A stretch of 63,990 nt of DNA, counting the filler, from Reticulomyxa filosa (Eukaryota; Protista; Foraminifera), in the NCBI GenBank assembly GCA_000512085.1. It is 12 parts of 12 records of this genome, joined end to end, with 100 filler letters (N's around TTAATTAATTAA, not from the genome) between each part and the next. Parts side by side here need not be neighbours in the genome. Positions count along the whole stretch, not along the records: positions 55,596 to 62,890 come from ASPP01044154.1; positions 62,991 to 63,990 come from ASPP01037651.1; 10 more parts are not named here. One strand, 5' to 3'. Positions within the stretch are counted from its first letter, which is position 1. Each line of letters opens with the position of its first letter. The notes under the pieces are model-generated. The model saw only the letters and a list, made by a program, of their open reading frames with translations. It was not told the origin of the DNA and made no database searches. A program made the translations under genes and the position numbers. Positions 62,090-63,990 of the stretch are shown here, piece by piece.

Positions 62090-63990
62090 CAAAAAACATT
62101 GCAGTAATAATTTTTGAGTGACGTAAATATTCCCTAAAATAAACATCTATGAACATTTTTGTATATTTTAGGATGATGTTTTTTTTATTTTAGATGTTGA
62201 TTATAATTGCTGTATTTTGATGAATTGTTTTTTGCTTTTTTTCTCATATTATTCTATGAATATGTGTTTAATTATTTTTCAAATAAACAACACGTCCAAG
62301 CTTATACATTTTTGCATTCACAAAAACAACTCTGAAAAACAATATTTTTGTTTGAATTAATAAAATTGTATAACAACAACTCATAAAATTAAAAAAAAAG
62401 TGATTTGATTCTTCTAAAAAGCACTGACAATATTGACATGACTCAAGAGGCGTAAATAAGAATCTAAATTCTTCATACCAAGTGATGAAGATATCCATGC
62501 TGCTTAATTATCGATTACTTATATGAGAGTCTACGGTGAATAGCTTCACTAAATGTAATACGAAAGAGTGTTACTCGAAATGAGAGTGACTTTCAGTAAA
62601 CAAAAGTAATTTAAAGAATAAATAAAAAAATAAAAGAAAGTAAAGAAAGCAAGTAAGTAAGAGGTAGTTTGTTGAGGAGGTTTAATCCAAAGAGAGCTCC
62701 TCAGTTCCATAAGCGTTTAGCCATGCGTGATAAGGGCTTGTCCTACACTTAAAAGAAGACAGATAATAAAGAACAAAAACTAATACATTAAGAAAAATAC
62801 AAAATCACATTTGATCAAATAACTATTTTATCAGATCATAATGTTATCAATTGATAACATTATAGTCTTTCTAAAAAAAAAAAAAAAAAANNNNNNNNNN
62901 NNNNNNNNNNNNNNNNNNNNNNNNNNNNNNNNNNTTAATTAATTAANNNNNNNNNNNNNNNNNNNNNNNNNNNNNNNNNNNNNNNNNNNNAATATAATAA
63001 GTATTTATAATATATTTTATGTTAAATAGTTTATATTTTAATATTTCATGCTTTTTTTAACAAAGTATGAAAAATATTAACTTTCAAATAGTCAACAAAT
63101 TTGTTGAAAATTGACTGTTTGTTGTAAGTTCTGGCAATGTACTGGAAGCATACTTTGTAGCAAGTTGAATGACTGAAAGCTCAATATTTTTTTTGTCATT
63201 GTCGTCATATTCTTAAAAGGATATGCTGACAACTCGAGTCAAATCAAAGACAACTTGAAGTACGCAGTATTGCATATGTCGATCGATCATAAACTCGATG
63301 TTATTGTCCATTGTCTGTTTTAATTTCATACTCAATTATCTTGACTTGTCGACGTTGGTAAAATATATCACGTTGATTAGTTCATCATTTTCTATTCTTT
63401 TTTTTCTTCTTTTTTCACTGTTCCATCGTATTTTCCAGATAAATCGACGACTCGTAAAGCTATATTGAGTTTATACAAGCTCTAAGTAACACTAAGTTCA
63501 GACTAGATTCTAGTATAACTGCTGTTGCCACTCTTGGTCTTGTCTTTGTATTGTGTTTTCGATTCTTCAGACTACAAGTCTTTGATATACCATTCATCTT
63601 GCTTCTTCTATGTCGTAGCTTTGTAACTGCACATTATCATCGTTTTGATATGACTTCACTTTCTCCAGTAGTTCCTATGTTGCAACTCATCATTTTTTGG
63701 CAATGGCAGCAACAACTTTCAATATCACAGTATTCTGAAATACTTTTTTCACATAATCACACACTCAAAATGCGCAATTTCGGCGAATTTGCAGTCTTTC
63801 ATCGTGACATTAACACTACTAAGTTAAAAATGTTGTTACTGCGTGAAAATAAACATTGTCTTGATTAATTGACCTTATTGGAGACTACAAATCGCAATTC
63901 TAACATAGTGTCGTTCCAATCGAAAATATATTCTTTAAGTACCCGCTGCAGTTGATTCTATCGATAATGTTCAAATACAACTTCATTCGA

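Noticed and set aside
62660-62750. Hammerhead ribozyme on the minus strand (CTGAGGA core)
   Set aside because: No stem II closing followed by GAAA could be found.
14880-62990. Regularly recurring TTAATTAATTAA flanked by Ns, as a repeat or CRISPR-like array
   Set aside because: Identical 100-bp six-frame-stop linkers used to concatenate contigs; not biological.
62991-63990. Decayed minus-strand coding-like sequence; ORF 63551-63868
   Set aside because: No convincing motif; the plus-strand ORF looks like an antisense shadow.

Overview
This is not one locus. It is 12 unrelated contigs joined by 100-bp artificial linkers (N44-TTAATTAATTAA-N44), so neighbourhoods across linkers carry no meaning. 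Eleven contigs are AT-rich, intron-containing eukaryotic DNA. Their gene families (expanded WD40, Kelch, caspase-like C14, ART-like and TRAF-Zn/WD40 proteins, many pseudogenes) resemble the foraminiferan Reticulomyxa filosa or a relative; this is my inference from family recognition. One contig (14980-17327) is bacterial: a broken MobF/TraI relaxase-helicase bracketed by two inverted IS5-family (IS1381-like) ends, probably from a Rickettsiales-like associate. Recognisable host genes include two WD40 genes, a caspase-like peptidase, a C2H2 protein, a SAM-domain protein, a monoglyceride lipase, a very large USP9X/24/34-like deubiquitinase, a vWA protein, a TRAF-Zn/WD40 protein and two RNF213-like fragments, one with an intact RZ finger. 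The most striking observation is at 6650-9400. An intron-less, decayed, single-strand unit reads ZZ-like Zn finger, then a complete kinesin motor domain, then C2H2/CCHC fingers, then the N-terminal region of a CRE/R2-type non-LTR reverse transcriptase. It is preceded by a small Sm-site-containing structured RNA-like segment, which makes it a candidate kinesin-carrying retrotransposon. Exon boundaries were called by eye and are approximate.
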